A program made the position numbers and the translations under genes. From Candidatus Babelota bacterium (lineage in GTDB: Bacteria > Babelota > Babeliae > Babelales > Chromulinivoraceae): a DNA stretch of 64,000 nucleotides. Below the pieces are notes generated by a model. It was not told where the DNA came from and ran no database searches. It was given only the letters and a program-made list of their open reading frames with translations. The stretch covers positions 815-64,814 of the forward strand of contig JAPLIP010000036.1 in NCBI GenBank assembly GCA_026389065.1, in the 5' to 3' direction. This document shows, one piece after another, positions 34,772 to 44,475 of this stretch (position 1 is the stretch's first letter; each line of letters opens with the position of its first letter).

Positions 34772-35337
34772 TATTTATTAATCCGCTCAATATATTCTTT
34801 GGTTCGTGTGTCAACTTTTAAAATGTCGCCTTCTTTGATAAACAAAGGTGCAAGGATGGTAACTCCCGTTTCTAAAACGATTGGCTTTGTTGCACCACCT
34901 TGAGCAGTGTTTCCTTTAAGTCCAGGAGGTGCATCTGTTACGAGCAGGTCCATAAACATTGGAGGGGTAACCGCAATTGGCTTATTTTGAAAATACATGA
35001 TGTTGTAAGATTCTTGTTCTTTTAAGAAATCCATAGCTTCTTCAATTTGATTTTTATTAAAAGCGTATTGTTCGTAAGAAGCAAGATCCATAAAATGATA
35101 GATTGTATCTTCATTATAAAGATATTGCATATCTTTGTACTCTAGTCCTGGATCTTCGAATTTTTCACCAGATCTAAATGTTTCTTCTCGAATTAATCCA
35201 GTGATCATGTTTTTCATTTTTGTTTTGATGTATGCTCCACCTTTTCCTGGTTTTACCGAGATAAATTCGATAACCATGTAAGGTTCATTTTGGAAGAGGA
35301 TTCTTTTGCCTCTTTTGAAATCTGTTGTTGAAATCAT
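34771..35337 (-). CDS. efp: Elongation factor P
   Basis: 'MISTTDFKRGKRILFQNEPYMVIEFISVKPGKGGAYIKTKMKN', 'GNTAQGGATKPIVLETG'. The stop overlaps the nusB start by 1 nt (TAATG). Confidence 0.93.
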   Translation of the reverse strand: MISTTDFKRGKRILFQNEPYMVIEFISVKPGKGGAYIKTKMKNMITGLIREETFRSGEKFEDPGLEYKDMQYLYNEDTIYHFMDLASYEQYAFNKNQIEEAMDFLKEQESYNIMYFQNKPIAVTPPMFMDLLVTDAPPGLKGNTAQGGATKPIVLETGVTILAPLFIKEGDILKVDTRTKEYIERINK

Positions 35338-35478
35338 ATGGATGAACTCCTTGCCAAACGCGCTCTAATCATTTTTATACTTCTATAAGTATAGAAAAAT
35401 CGATAAAAAAAGTAAACACGGACAAATTTTGTGCTAAGTTGTCATGAGATTTGATGACTGCGATTTTGTGGAGTATGT

Positions 35479-36693
35479 ATGAAAAAACAAGATATTTTAT
35501 TTGAGCTATTGGACCTAGAGAGCAAACGTCAACAACATGGAATAAATCTGATTGCTTCTGAAAATTATGCCTCTAAGGAAGTAATGAGCATGACCGGTTC
35601 TGTTTTGACAAATAAATATGTTGAAGGAAATGTGGGAGCTCGTTATTACAGCGGCTGTGCATTTGTAGATGATATTGAGAAAGAGACAATTGAGCGCTTT
35701 AAAGAGTTGTTTTGTGCTGAGCATGCAAACGTTCAGCCTCATTCTGGATCACAAGCTAACTTTGCAGTTTATTTTGCGGTTCTCAAGCCGGGAGATACTA
35801 TTTTAAGTATGAAGCTTTCTGCTGGTGGGCATTTAACCCATGGCCATAGCGTTAATTTATCAGGATCGCTGTATAATATTATTTCATATGGTGTTGATGA
35901 AAAAACCGGGCTGATTGATTATGATCAAGTTCTTGATTTGGCAAAAAAACATAACCCAAAATTAATTATTGCAGGCGCTTCGTCCTATTCTCGAATTATC
36001 GATTTTGAGAGATTTTCAAAAATTGCAAAAGAGGTTGGTGCCTACTTCTTAGCTGATATTGCACACATTGCAGGCCTTATTGCGGCAGGAATTCACCCAT
36101 CTCCCTTTCCATGTGCTGATTTTGTTACGATGACAACTCATAAAACGTTTCGTGGTCCACGCGGTGCAGTAATTTTATGCAAAAAAGAGTTTGCAAGCAT
36201 GATTGATCGAGCTGTTATGCCAGGAATTCAGGGTGGCGCATTTATGCATGTTATTGCTGCAAAGGGTGTTGCGTGTAAGCAAGCGCAATCGTCAGAATTT
36301 GTACAGTATCAAAAGCAGGTTGTAAAAAATGCACAAATTATGGCTCAGTCGTTTGTGAAATTGGGATACCAAGTTATTTCTGGCGGAACAGATACTCATT
36401 TGTTTTTAATTGACGTTAGGCCATTTGATCTGACTGGAAAACAAGTAGAACAGATTTTAGAAAAAGCTGAAATTTTTGTAAATCGAAACGCTATTCCCTT
36501 GGATACAAATTCACCGCTTCTTGCTGGCGGTATTCGAATTGGTACTGCTGCAGTTACCACTCGTGGGGCAACCGCAAAAGACTGCGAGCAGATAGTTGAT
36601 TTAATTCATACGGTCTTACAAGGGTTTATTAGTAAAAAAAGTGCTGGTGAGTACGATAAAAAAGTGCGAGAAATTACTGAAAAATGGGTCTAA
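35479..36693 (+). CDS. glyA: Serine hydroxymethyltransferase
   Basis: 'INLIASENYASKEVM', 'YYSGCAFVD', 'ANVQPHSGSQAN', 'TTHKTFRGPRG' (PLP-Lys context). Confidence 0.95.
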   Translation: MKKQDILFELLDLESKRQQHGINLIASENYASKEVMSMTGSVLTNKYVEGNVGARYYSGCAFVDDIEKETIERFKELFCAEHANVQPHSGSQANFAVYFAVLKPGDTILSMKLSAGGHLTHGHSVNLSGSLYNIISYGVDEKTGLIDYDQVLDLAKKHNPKLIIAGASSYSRIIDFERFSKIAKEVGAYFLADIAHIAGLIAAGIHPSPFPCADFVTMTTHKTFRGPRGAVILCKKEFASMIDRAVMPGIQGGAFMHVIAAKGVACKQAQSSEFVQYQKQVVKNAQIMAQSFVKLGYQVISGGTDTHLFLIDVRPFDLTGKQVEQILEKAEIFVNRNAIPLDTNSPLLAGGIRIGTAAVTTRGATAKDCEQIVDLIHTVLQGFISKKSAGEYDKKVREITEKWV

Positions 36694-36711
36694 ATAAAAA
36701 AGGAGAAAATT

Positions 36712-37500
36712 ATGATTCGATTAAAAAAAATCAGTATTTGTTTTGGTGTTTTTGGGCTTTTTTTTATTTTTATTAGCAAAAATCAAGTTAACCGAGCTGT
36801 GCCTTGCAAAGCTTTGGATGCTCAAGAGCCTGGGCTTATCAGTGAAATGTTAAATGATGTTGAAATGGGTTTTGATTGCAGTGATGATACAATTGAAAAT
36901 CAAAAGGACCATAAAGTGTACGCAAGTGAAAGACAAAAGCGTGATTTCTTTAAATCAATTGGCTGTCAGTATATTAATTTTATGGATATAAAGTGTGCAC
37001 CGTCTGAGCTACCTGATCCAAAAGATTCTGCGCATTATAAATCTGATAGCAAAAACATTTTAGAGCTATCTGAAAAATATCGAAATGACATACAAAATAA
37101 AAAGCTAGCTTCTATGTATATTTCGCTTATTTCAAAAAAAGTTGGGCATGGTATTTTTGCGACAATGTTTATAAAGTCAGGCGATTTTATTGGTACATAT
37201 GCTGGCGAAGTGTGCTCAGGACAAGCGCTTGAAGATACTGAGTTTGCTTGGGATTATGGAGCAATGGTACCGAGCGGGGATCGGTTAATCCTTGACGGGA
37301 AATACCGCGGTAATGAGCTACGATTTATAAATCATGCAAAAGATCCAAACACAAGGGCGGTTTATTTGATTGCTGATGGCAAGTTGCATGTGTGTTACAT
37401 AGCGCAAAAAGATATTGCTGCAGGTCAGCAGCTTACGGTAAGCTATGGAGATGATTATTGGACAACGCGTAATGTGCAGCCAGAAAGTTTTCAGGACTAG
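36712..37500 (+). CDS. SET-domain (lysine methyltransferase-like) protein with N-terminal signal/anchor
   Basis: 'GHGIFATMFIKSGDFIGTYAGEV', 'NELRFINHAKDPN' (NH motif), 'LTVSYGDDYW' (ELxF/YDY-like). N-terminus 'ISICFGVFGLFFIFISK'. Confidence 0.75.
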   Translation: MIRLKKISICFGVFGLFFIFISKNQVNRAVPCKALDAQEPGLISEMLNDVEMGFDCSDDTIENQKDHKVYASERQKRDFFKSIGCQYINFMDIKCAPSELPDPKDSAHYKSDSKNILELSEKYRNDIQNKKLASMYISLISKKVGHGIFATMFIKSGDFIGTYAGEVCSGQALEDTEFAWDYGAMVPSGDRLILDGKYRGNELRFINHAKDPNTRAVYLIADGKLHVCYIAQKDIAAGQQLTVSYGDDYWTTRNVQPESFQD

Positions 37501-37501
37501 G

Positions 37502-38425
37502 TTAAAATGACCGGCTTTTTTTGTTAATTTTTGAAAGGCGTTTTTCTTTTTTTAGAGCATTGTGCAGAGCTTTTCTTTTTGCCGCGTGACGTTGTTTGAT
37601 GCGGCCAGGCGCAGAAGTAAACTCTTTAATTATTTTGGTAGAAATTTCTAAGTGGCTTCCGGGTTGATCACTCCAAACGGTTGGCACTTCTTTTATTTTT
37701 TTGCCTTCAAGTTGGCATAGGTAAAAAAATTCAAGTTCCCATGACCAGCCAGTTTCTTCCATTTGTGGAGCAACTTTTGCAATGGTATCGCGTGTAAAAA
37801 TTTTAGCTCCGCATTGTGTATCTTTGCAGGTAAATCCAAATCGTTTGCGAAGGACCCAGTTGTAAAGTTTCCCTCCGATTAGCCTAATGAGCGGTCTTTC
37901 AGGATAAATTTTTGCACCCTTTGCATAACGGCTTGCATTTGCGCCATCGTAACCTTGATTACAAGCTTCGATAAGGTCATAAAAATGCTCTGGAAGTGTT
38001 GCCATGTCAGCATCTACAAATCCAATTAAGTCGAATTTTTTCTTAAGTGCCCATAAAAATCCATTTTTTAAAGCGTAGCCCTTGCCGCCGTTTTCAAGAT
38101 TTATCACGTCGATATTTTTATAGGTTTTTTTTAAGGCTTGAGAAATTTGAACGGTTTTATCATCCTTGTTGCAACCATTTGCGACGACAAGAAATTTAAC
38201 TTTTTCAGGCTTGTTTTTAAAATAATCTGCGTATGCGCACAGCGTTTTTCCAATGCGGTCTTGCTCATTGTAGGCTGGAATTAAAATACAAATTTTTTGT
38301 GCTGGTACTATAAAAGATGAGCTTAAAAGGATTGTTGTAAAAAATCTAAATATAAAGGCGCCGATTTTGTTTTTTGTCATTTGCTTAATTTCTTTATAAG
38401 TTCGAATAGATGGTTGTTTTGACAC
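37502..38425 (-). CDS. Family-2 glycosyltransferase (dolichyl/polyprenyl-phosphate glycosyltransferase-like)
   Basis: 'ILIPAYNEQDRIGKTL', 'VVANGCNKDDKT', 'IGFVDADMAT' (DxD), 'CGAKIFTR'. The alternative start at 'MTKNK' is not excluded. Confidence 0.75.
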   Translation of the reverse strand: MSKQPSIRTYKEIKQMTKNKIGAFIFRFFTTILLSSSFIVPAQKICILIPAYNEQDRIGKTLCAYADYFKNKPEKVKFLVVANGCNKDDKTVQISQALKKTYKNIDVINLENGGKGYALKNGFLWALKKKFDLIGFVDADMATLPEHFYDLIEACNQGYDGANASRYAKGAKIYPERPLIRLIGGKLYNWVLRKRFGFTCKDTQCGAKIFTRDTIAKVAPQMEETGWSWELEFFYLCQLEGKKIKEVPTVWSDQPGSHLEISTKIIKEFTSAPGRIKQRHAAKRKALHNALKKEKRLSKINKKSRSF

Positions 38426-38611
38426 TATTTGATTTGATCAGAGCTTAGCATAAAGAGCTTTTTTTTCAAATTTATGGACCACTGATTTATGATTTAGGTG
38501 CTTGGAACTTTGTCTATGCAAAAAATAAGAAAAATTATAAGATGTTATCAGTGATTTGAAACAATAAAATAGACTCTGCTAGCAAGAGTAAGCAAGTAAA
38601 GGGTATGTGGT

Positions 38612-39118
38612 ATGGATAAATTATATGCTCCTTGGCGTGACCGATATGTTCACTCTCAGATTAGTGGAAAAGAATCTGGAGATTGCGTTTTTTGTGAGTT
38701 GTTTACAAAAGATGAATCAGATGAGCAGCGATTTGTTTTATTTAAAAGCAGCGACCTGGTTATTGTCTTAAATCTCTATCCTTATAATGGTGGACACATT
38801 CTTGTTCTGCCTAAAAATCATGAGTCAGAGTTTGATTTATTGCCAGAATCAGTACTTGCTCATCTTATGAGTGCTGCGGCAAAAAGTATGAAAATAGTTA
38901 AAGATCAGCTGGGCTGTCAAGGGATAAATTTTGGAGCTAATCTTGGTCGAGCCGCTGGCGCAGGAATTCCTGAACATCTTCATATGCATATAGTTCCAAG
39001 GTACGCAGGAGACACTGGTTTTTTTACAACCATTGGCGATAGCAAACAAATTTCAGTTGATTTAGAAAAAATATATAAAAAATTAAAGCCTCATTTTGAG
39101 AAAAGTTTTAACGGGTAA
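38612..39118 (+). CDS. HIT-family nucleotide hydrolase/Ap4A-phosphorylase-like protein
   Basis: 'APWRDRYV', 'CVFCEL', 'NLYPYNGGHILVLPKNH', histidine triad 'PEHLHMHIVPRYAGDTGF'. Confidence 0.8.
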   Translation: MDKLYAPWRDRYVHSQISGKESGDCVFCELFTKDESDEQRFVLFKSSDLVIVLNLYPYNGGHILVLPKNHESEFDLLPESVLAHLMSAAAKSMKIVKDQLGCQGINFGANLGRAAGAGIPEHLHMHIVPRYAGDTGFFTTIGDSKQISVDLEKIYKKLKPHFEKSFNG

Positions 39119-39121
39119 AAT

Positions 39122-41725
39122 ATGAAATCGCTAGAGTTGCGCAAAAAGTTTTTTGATTTCTTCGTTCGTCATGGACATGAAAAAGTTGTAAGTTCTTCTT
39201 TAATTCCAACAGAGGATCCAACTCTTCTGTTTGCAAATGCTGGAATGAATCAGTTCAAAGATGTTTTTTTGGGCAATGAAAAGCGAAGCTATAAAAAAGC
39301 AGTTTCTATTCAAAAATGTGTTCGCGCTGGTGGCAAGCACAATGATCTTGAAAATGTTGGGTTTACGCAACGACATTTAACATTTTTTGAGATGATGGGA
39401 AATTTTTCCTTTGGCGATTATTTTAAAAAAGAAGCAATCGCTTATGCTTGGGACTTTTTAACTAAAGAGGTTGGCTTAAATCCAGCAGAGCTTTACGTAA
39501 CGGTTCATCATAGCGATCAAGAGTCGTATGATATTTGGCATGAAATCATGCATATTCCAAAAGATAGAATTTTCAAACTAGGTGAAAGCAATTTTTGGCA
39601 AATGGGTGACGTTGGTCCTTGTGGTCCGTGCACAGAAATATTTGTTGATCGTGGGTCAAAAGTTGGCTGTGGAGGCAAAGATTGTAGCCCTGATTGCGGC
39701 TGCGATAGATTTTTAGAAGTCTGGAACAATGTGTTCATGCAGTTTAGTCGTCAAGCTGATGGCACAGATATTTTGCTCAAGCAAACAGGTGTTGATACGG
39801 GCATGGGGCTAGAAAGACTTGCACTAGTTGTTCAAAAAAAAGAATCAGTGTTTGAGACCGATGCGTTTGAATCAATTTTTAATAAAATAGAATCTCTTAC
39901 TGGTCATAATTATCAAAATAGCAGCGAAGAAATTCGTGCATCATTTAATGTTTTAGGCGATCACATAAGGTCTTCTACGTTTTTAATTTCAGATGGTTGT
40001 GCGCCAAGTAATGATGGGCGTGGCTATGTTTTAAGAAAAATTATTCGAAGAGCTGCTCTTTTTGCTCAAAAATTAACAGATGAAAATATTTTCCCTGAAC
40101 TTTCTTTGGTTTTGGTCGATGACATGAAAAGTGTTTATCCAGAACTTGAGTCAAACAAAGAGCGAATAGCTTCTGTGCTGAAGCTTGAAATTGAAAGATT
40201 TTCAGACAATTTAGTTCGTGGAAAAAGAATCTTACAAGATTATATGCATGAAAATAATTCTACCAAGTTAATAACTGGCGATTATTCTTTTATGCTTTAT
40301 GACACTTATGGATTTCCATTAGAGGTAACAAAGCTTATTGCGCTTGAGGCGGAATTTGTGGTTGACGAGCAAGGCTTTGAAAAAAGCATGGAAGCTCAAA
40401 GGCAGCGTTCTGGTAAAAAAATGAAAGATTCGAGCGCTGGAAAAATCGTTTTAGATGAGTCGGTAAAAACAGAATTTACTGGTTATCAAAAATTGCATGA
40501 GGATTCTGAAATTGTTGCAATTTTAGTTGATGATGTTTTGGCTGAAAGCGTTGAAGTTGGAGCAACTTGCTGGATTGCAGCAAAAAAATCACCTTTTTAT
40601 GTTGCGTGTGGTGGCCAGATTAATGACGTGGGTATTGTAGAATTTGGAAACAAGCACACATCGCTTTTAGATTTGAAAAAAATTAATGATGCTATTTTTA
40701 TAAAAATTATAGCACCGGAAAAAATCATGATTGGTGATCTTGTCACCATGACCGTTGACAAGCAAATTCGCTTTGACACTATGAAAAATCACACAGCAAC
40801 TCATTTGCTTCAAGCAGCATTGCAAAACATTTTTGGAAATGGTGTTAAGCAGGCTGGTTCGATTGTGACGCCAGACTATTTAAGATTTGATTTTACATAT
40901 CACAAATCTTTATCACAAGATGAAATTAAAACCGTTGAAGAACTAATAAATCAAAAAATTTGGGATAATATTTCTGTGGTTGTAGATCAAACTACCTACA
41001 AAGATGCTATAGCTCGTGGCGTAACAGCCTTTTTTGGTGACAAGTACAACATGGACAATGTTCGAGCAATTATTATAGATAAATTTTCAGCAGAGCTTTG
41101 CGGCGGAACACACGTGAAGGCAACTGGCGATATTGGAATGTTTAAAATTACAGAAGAAATTTCACTTGCAGCAGGACAAAGACGAATTGTTGCAATCACT
41201 GGACGAAAAGCTTTAGCGGAGTTTCAGCAAGATTTTTCATTGATGAAAAAATTATGTCTTGATTTAAAAACAAAGCCAGAAAAAATAATTGATTCTGTTA
41301 CAGATCTTGGAAGCGAAGTAAGAGACTTGCAAAAAGAAATTAAAGTTTTTAAATCTGCTGGCTTAAAAAGTCAGATTTCTAGCTGGGCTAACTCTGTAGA
41401 AATGATTAATAATATTCCATTTCTTTATTTAGATCTTAACGGCTACAGCCTAGATGATTTTCGAGACATTTCTTTGCAACTGCAAAAGCAAAAACCAGGA
41501 TTTTATTTTTTAATTCAAGCGGATGGATTAAAAACAATATTTTTGACCACGCTAGATAAATCATTGGTTTCAAGAGTTTCTATGCAGGAATTTAAAACTT
41601 GGCTGCAAGAAAATTGCAATCTTTCTGGTGGCGGAAATCAATCGATGGTTCAAGGCGGTGGAGCAGCTATTAACGGTTTAAAATGCCTTGAAGGCATTAA
41701 AGCTTGGCTTGCTCAAAGACCTTAA
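39122..41725 (+). CDS. alaS: Alanine--tRNA ligase
   Basis: 'FANAGMNQFKDVFLG', 'QKCVRAGGKHNDLENVG', 'HLTFFEMMGNFSFGDYFK', editing-domain 'HTATHLLQAAL' and 'CGGTHV'. Confidence 0.95.
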   Translation: MKSLELRKKFFDFFVRHGHEKVVSSSLIPTEDPTLLFANAGMNQFKDVFLGNEKRSYKKAVSIQKCVRAGGKHNDLENVGFTQRHLTFFEMMGNFSFGDYFKKEAIAYAWDFLTKEVGLNPAELYVTVHHSDQESYDIWHEIMHIPKDRIFKLGESNFWQMGDVGPCGPCTEIFVDRGSKVGCGGKDCSPDCGCDRFLEVWNNVFMQFSRQADGTDILLKQTGVDTGMGLERLALVVQKKESVFETDAFESIFNKIESLTGHNYQNSSEEIRASFNVLGDHIRSSTFLISDGCAPSNDGRGYVLRKIIRRAALFAQKLTDENIFPELSLVLVDDMKSVYPELESNKERIASVLKLEIERFSDNLVRGKRILQDYMHENNSTKLITGDYSFMLYDTYGFPLEVTKLIALEAEFVVDEQGFEKSMEAQRQRSGKKMKDSSAGKIVLDESVKTEFTGYQKLHEDSEIVAILVDDVLAESVEVGATCWIAAKKSPFYVACGGQINDVGIVEFGNKHTSLLDLKKINDAIFIKIIAPEKIMIGDLVTMTVDKQIRFDTMKNHTATHLLQAALQNIFGNGVKQAGSIVTPDYLRFDFTYHKSLSQDEIKTVEELINQKIWDNISVVVDQTTYKDAIARGVTAFFGDKYNMDNVRAIIIDKFSAELCGGTHVKATGDIGMFKITEEISLAAGQRRIVAITGRKALAEFQQDFSLMKKLCLDLKTKPEKIIDSVTDLGSEVRDLQKEIKVFKSAGLKSQISSWANSVEMINNIPFLYLDLNGYSLDDFRDISLQLQKQKPGFYFLIQADGLKTIFLTTLDKSLVSRVSMQEFKTWLQENCNLSGGGNQSMVQGGGAAINGLKCLEGIKAWLAQRP

Positions 41726-41757
41726 AATAAAAGAGCTTGGGAATAAACATTTTGATT

Positions 41758-42597
41758 ATGAATAGAAGAAAAATATCAACAGCTACAAAAATATACTTTG
41801 TTTTTGTAGCTGTTTTTTATGCATTTTTAGCGCAAGCTAAAACAATAGAAATAAATGTTTGGGTTCACGGAACGAATCCTGGGCCAGAAAAAATATGGAT
41901 GCATGCAAGCTCTCCCTTTCGTCCATGGTTGTATGTAGAGCCAGGATTGAATCTTGCATTAAAGCTTGCAGAAAATTATTATTTTAATAAGTTGGCCCAT
42001 GCTTGTGCGGCATCTAATGGCTCTTGGAATGTTGATACTTTTTATACGTATGGATGGCCTTCAACCATTTTAAGTCCAAAAACTAGACAAATTGAAGGAC
42101 GAAAATTATTCGATCAATTAAACAAATTAATTGATAGCCTTGGCAGTGATTATGATAACATTGCCGTTAGGCTGGTTGGATTTTCTCATGGTGGAAATGT
42201 CATATTAAATATGATTTCTTATTTGCCTTTTTTGAGATCAGATGTTGAGTTAGAAATTGTTTTTTTAGGTCTTCCAATTCAAGAGCTAACCAGAGAATAT
42301 GTAAATAGCCTGTTTCTAAAAAGAGTTTATTCTTTTTATTCTGAGTCTGACTGGATGCAGTCTTTAGATATTCAAAAATTACAGAATAGCGATGCAAACG
42401 TTCCTTGGTTTTCTAAAAAAACATTTTTAGAAAGTGATCAAGTTATTCAGGTTAAATTAACAGTGAATGGAAGCTCGATTGGGCATAGGGATTATCGATC
42501 GATTAATCATTATCTTCCTAGAGCTTTGAAGGAACTATCTGAAGTTCTGCCTGAAGATCAGAAATCAGCGCATTTGCAATTTGATTTACTAACCTAA
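41758..42597 (+). CDS. Secreted alpha/beta-hydrolase, lipase/esterase-like (paralog B of 31725-32564)
   Basis: Signal peptide 'IYFVFVAVFYAFLAQA'. 'INVWVHGT', 'LVGFSHGGNV' (GxSxG), 'SESDWMQ' and 'IGHRDY' are collinear with the motifs of paralog A. Confidence 0.5.
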   Translation: MNRRKISTATKIYFVFVAVFYAFLAQAKTIEINVWVHGTNPGPEKIWMHASSPFRPWLYVEPGLNLALKLAENYYFNKLAHACAASNGSWNVDTFYTYGWPSTILSPKTRQIEGRKLFDQLNKLIDSLGSDYDNIAVRLVGFSHGGNVILNMISYLPFLRSDVELEIVFLGLPIQELTREYVNSLFLKRVYSFYSESDWMQSLDIQKLQNSDANVPWFSKKTFLESDQVIQVKLTVNGSSIGHRDYRSINHYLPRALKELSEVLPEDQKSAHLQFDLLT

Positions 42598-42610
42598 GCG
42601 AAGGTTAGGT

Positions 42611-43171
42611 TTAGTTATTGATAGTTTTTAGAATAATTTCGATTGATTTTGAAATGAGTTCGTGGACTTGATCTGTGGACTCATTAAATTTTTTGGTGAC
42701 AAAATTTCCAACTTCTGCTGGATTGTCTGGTCGTCCAACGCCAGTACGTAGTCGTATAAAATTTTCTCCACCATGAGCGATGAGTGACCTGAGCCCATTG
42801 TGTCCGCGAGCGCTACCACCTTGTTTGATGGTGACTTTTCCAAAGGGAAAATCAATTTCATCATGAACGACAAATAAATTTTCTTGCTTGATCCCACGCT
42901 TTTGTAAATGTTTTAAAACCTCACCAGAATTATTCATGAATGTTTGTGGTTTAACAAGTAGGATTTCTTGCTCGTTATTTTTTTTATCAACTATTTTAAT
43001 GCTAGAAATAAGCATGTTGTTTTTTTCAGACCAGGTACCATTATTTTGCTCGCACAGTTCGTCCAGAATTAAAAATCCAATGTTATGTGGAGTAAAAGCA
43101 TAGGTAGGTCCTGGATTTCCAAGACCTACGATAGCTTTAATTTCTGAAAAAGTTGGTTGATTATTAACCAT
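42611..43171 (-). CDS. pth: Peptidyl-tRNA hydrolase
   Basis: 'AIVGLGNPGPTYAFTPHNIGF', 'QTFMNNSG', 'VVHDEIDFPFGKV', 'GGSARGHNGLRS'. The start overlaps the upstream gene's stop by 8 nt. Confidence 0.93.
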   Translation of the reverse strand: MVNNQPTFSEIKAIVGLGNPGPTYAFTPHNIGFLILDELCEQNNGTWSEKNNMLISSIKIVDKKNNEQEILLVKPQTFMNNSGEVLKHLQKRGIKQENLFVVHDEIDFPFGKVTIKQGGSARGHNGLRSLIAHGGENFIRLRTGVGRPDNPAEVGNFVTKKFNESTDQVHELISKSIEIILKTINN

Positions 43172-44006
43172 ATGATTTTACGCTGTCTGTTGAGTCAGCT
43201 TTTGGTTTTACAGCAGAAGTATCTTTTTTAGCGCTGTTTTTTTCAATAGCCTGTTTTTTTGCTTGATTTAAAGCTTTTGTTTTTTTGTTAAGCTCAGCAA
43301 TGATCATTTCTGTTTTTGATTTGCTTGGATGTGAATACACCAAAGCTTCTTGCATTAAAACTAGATACCATCCTTGTGCTTGAGCAACTTCTTGAATAGT
43401 TTCTTTTACCATTGCATCGAATGCGCCCATTTCTTTTTGATAAAGAGCCTGCATTTTAGCTTCAACCTTTTTAGCTTCAGCCTGTAGCTTTTGTTGCATA
43501 CGGTTAAATTCTACGCTTTCATCTTCAAGCGACTGAACCATTCTGTCGAATTTTCTTTTGTCATCCATGAGTGATTGTCCGCGAGCTTGCAAAGGATCAA
43601 TTTTTTTATTGCGCGCTTCTTCTGATAAGTTTGCTGCTGTTTTTTCGAATTCTGCCACATCAGCATCAAGAGCATCTTTTTTAGCTTGTAATTCTTGTTG
43701 TCTATTTTGAGCTTCAGTTTGAGCTTTTTGTAGTTCTTTTTGCTTGTCTTCTAGCTTTTTGCTTTCAGATTGAAGCGGTTTTGCTGCTTCTTCTTGTGCG
43801 CTGTGAAGCTTTGCTTGTAAAGCTTCGCCGGCTTCTGATTTTTCCATGACATCTTTGCCGCTGATGCAAACAATTTCTTCTTTTATAACTGATTCGATTT
43901 TGTTTTTATGTGAAGCGCTTACATGTACTTCTTCTTTTGAGATAGCAACTGATGTTGAAAATAAAGAAATGGTTGAAAGTAGTAGTATTTTTTTTGTGCT
44001 TTTCAT
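43164..44006 (-). CDS. OmpH/Skp-like periplasmic chaperone (long coiled-coil form)
   Basis: Signal peptide, extended K/E/Q/A-rich helical region, and C-terminal 'IQEVAQAQGWYLVLMQEALVYSHPSKSKTEMIIAELNKK' matching the OmpH family end. Confidence 0.6.
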   Translation of the reverse strand: MKSTKKILLLSTISLFSTSVAISKEEVHVSASHKNKIESVIKEEIVCISGKDVMEKSEAGEALQAKLHSAQEEAAKPLQSESKKLEDKQKELQKAQTEAQNRQQELQAKKDALDADVAEFEKTAANLSEEARNKKIDPLQARGQSLMDDKRKFDRMVQSLEDESVEFNRMQQKLQAEAKKVEAKMQALYQKEMGAFDAMVKETIQEVAQAQGWYLVLMQEALVYSHPSKSKTEMIIAELNKKTKALNQAKKQAIEKNSAKKDTSAVKPKADSTDSVKSYG

Positions 44007-44063
44007 GAGAGTCCTTTTATTGTAATAAAATTAGTTTTTTAAAAGTTAACTTTTATTGACCAG

Positions 44064-44092
44064 ACTATAATATTTTTATAGAAATTCGTCAA
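44064..44092 (-). promoter_or_regulatory. Candidate sigma70-type promoter for the skp-like/pth unit
   Basis: On the minus strand: TTGACG (44092-44087), 17-nt spacer, TATAGT (44069-44064), about 58 nt upstream of ATG 44006. Consensus match only. Confidence 0.3.
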
Positions 44093-44475
44093 TTATTACA
44101 ATAAACCGACTGACAAGATTTGTGTGTTTTTATTTTTACCAAGAGATTGAGTTTGGCGACTGATTTTGATTCCCCACTAACCCTTCATCAAAATCATAAA
44201 ATAACTATAAGGATTGCTTTGATCTAAAAACAATCTTTTTTTAAAATTATTTTTGATCGGTCCATTACCAGATTGTTTTGGCAGCAAAATGGTTAAGTTT
44301 TTTTATAAAATTTAGATTGTTTTTTTAAAGAGTTTACGAAAAATCTTTTAAGAATTGATATGAAGTTGGTTGATCAGTAAAAAATAAAGCTAGCTTGCTC
44401 TTCACTTTTTCCTATGATGGTCCAAGTTTGGCTGGATCTGTAAAATTATCTATAACGTGTATAAAAAAAGTGAAG

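Noticed and set aside
35385-35402. Palindrome tatacttctataagtata in the divergent efp/glyA intergenic region as an operator
   Set aside because: It is a 7-bp AT-only inverted repeat in an AT-rich genome, so it is not statistically distinctive without comparative data.
44007-44475. 470-bp non-coding stretch abutting the tmRNA 3' end as a remnant of an integrated island (ssrA is a frequent att site)
   Set aside because: There is no integrase, no convincing direct repeat of the tmRNA 3' end, and no gene cargo. The best candidate, 'tttgattccccactaaccc' at about 44167, matches only the TTCGATTCCC-like core and is in the wrong orientation.
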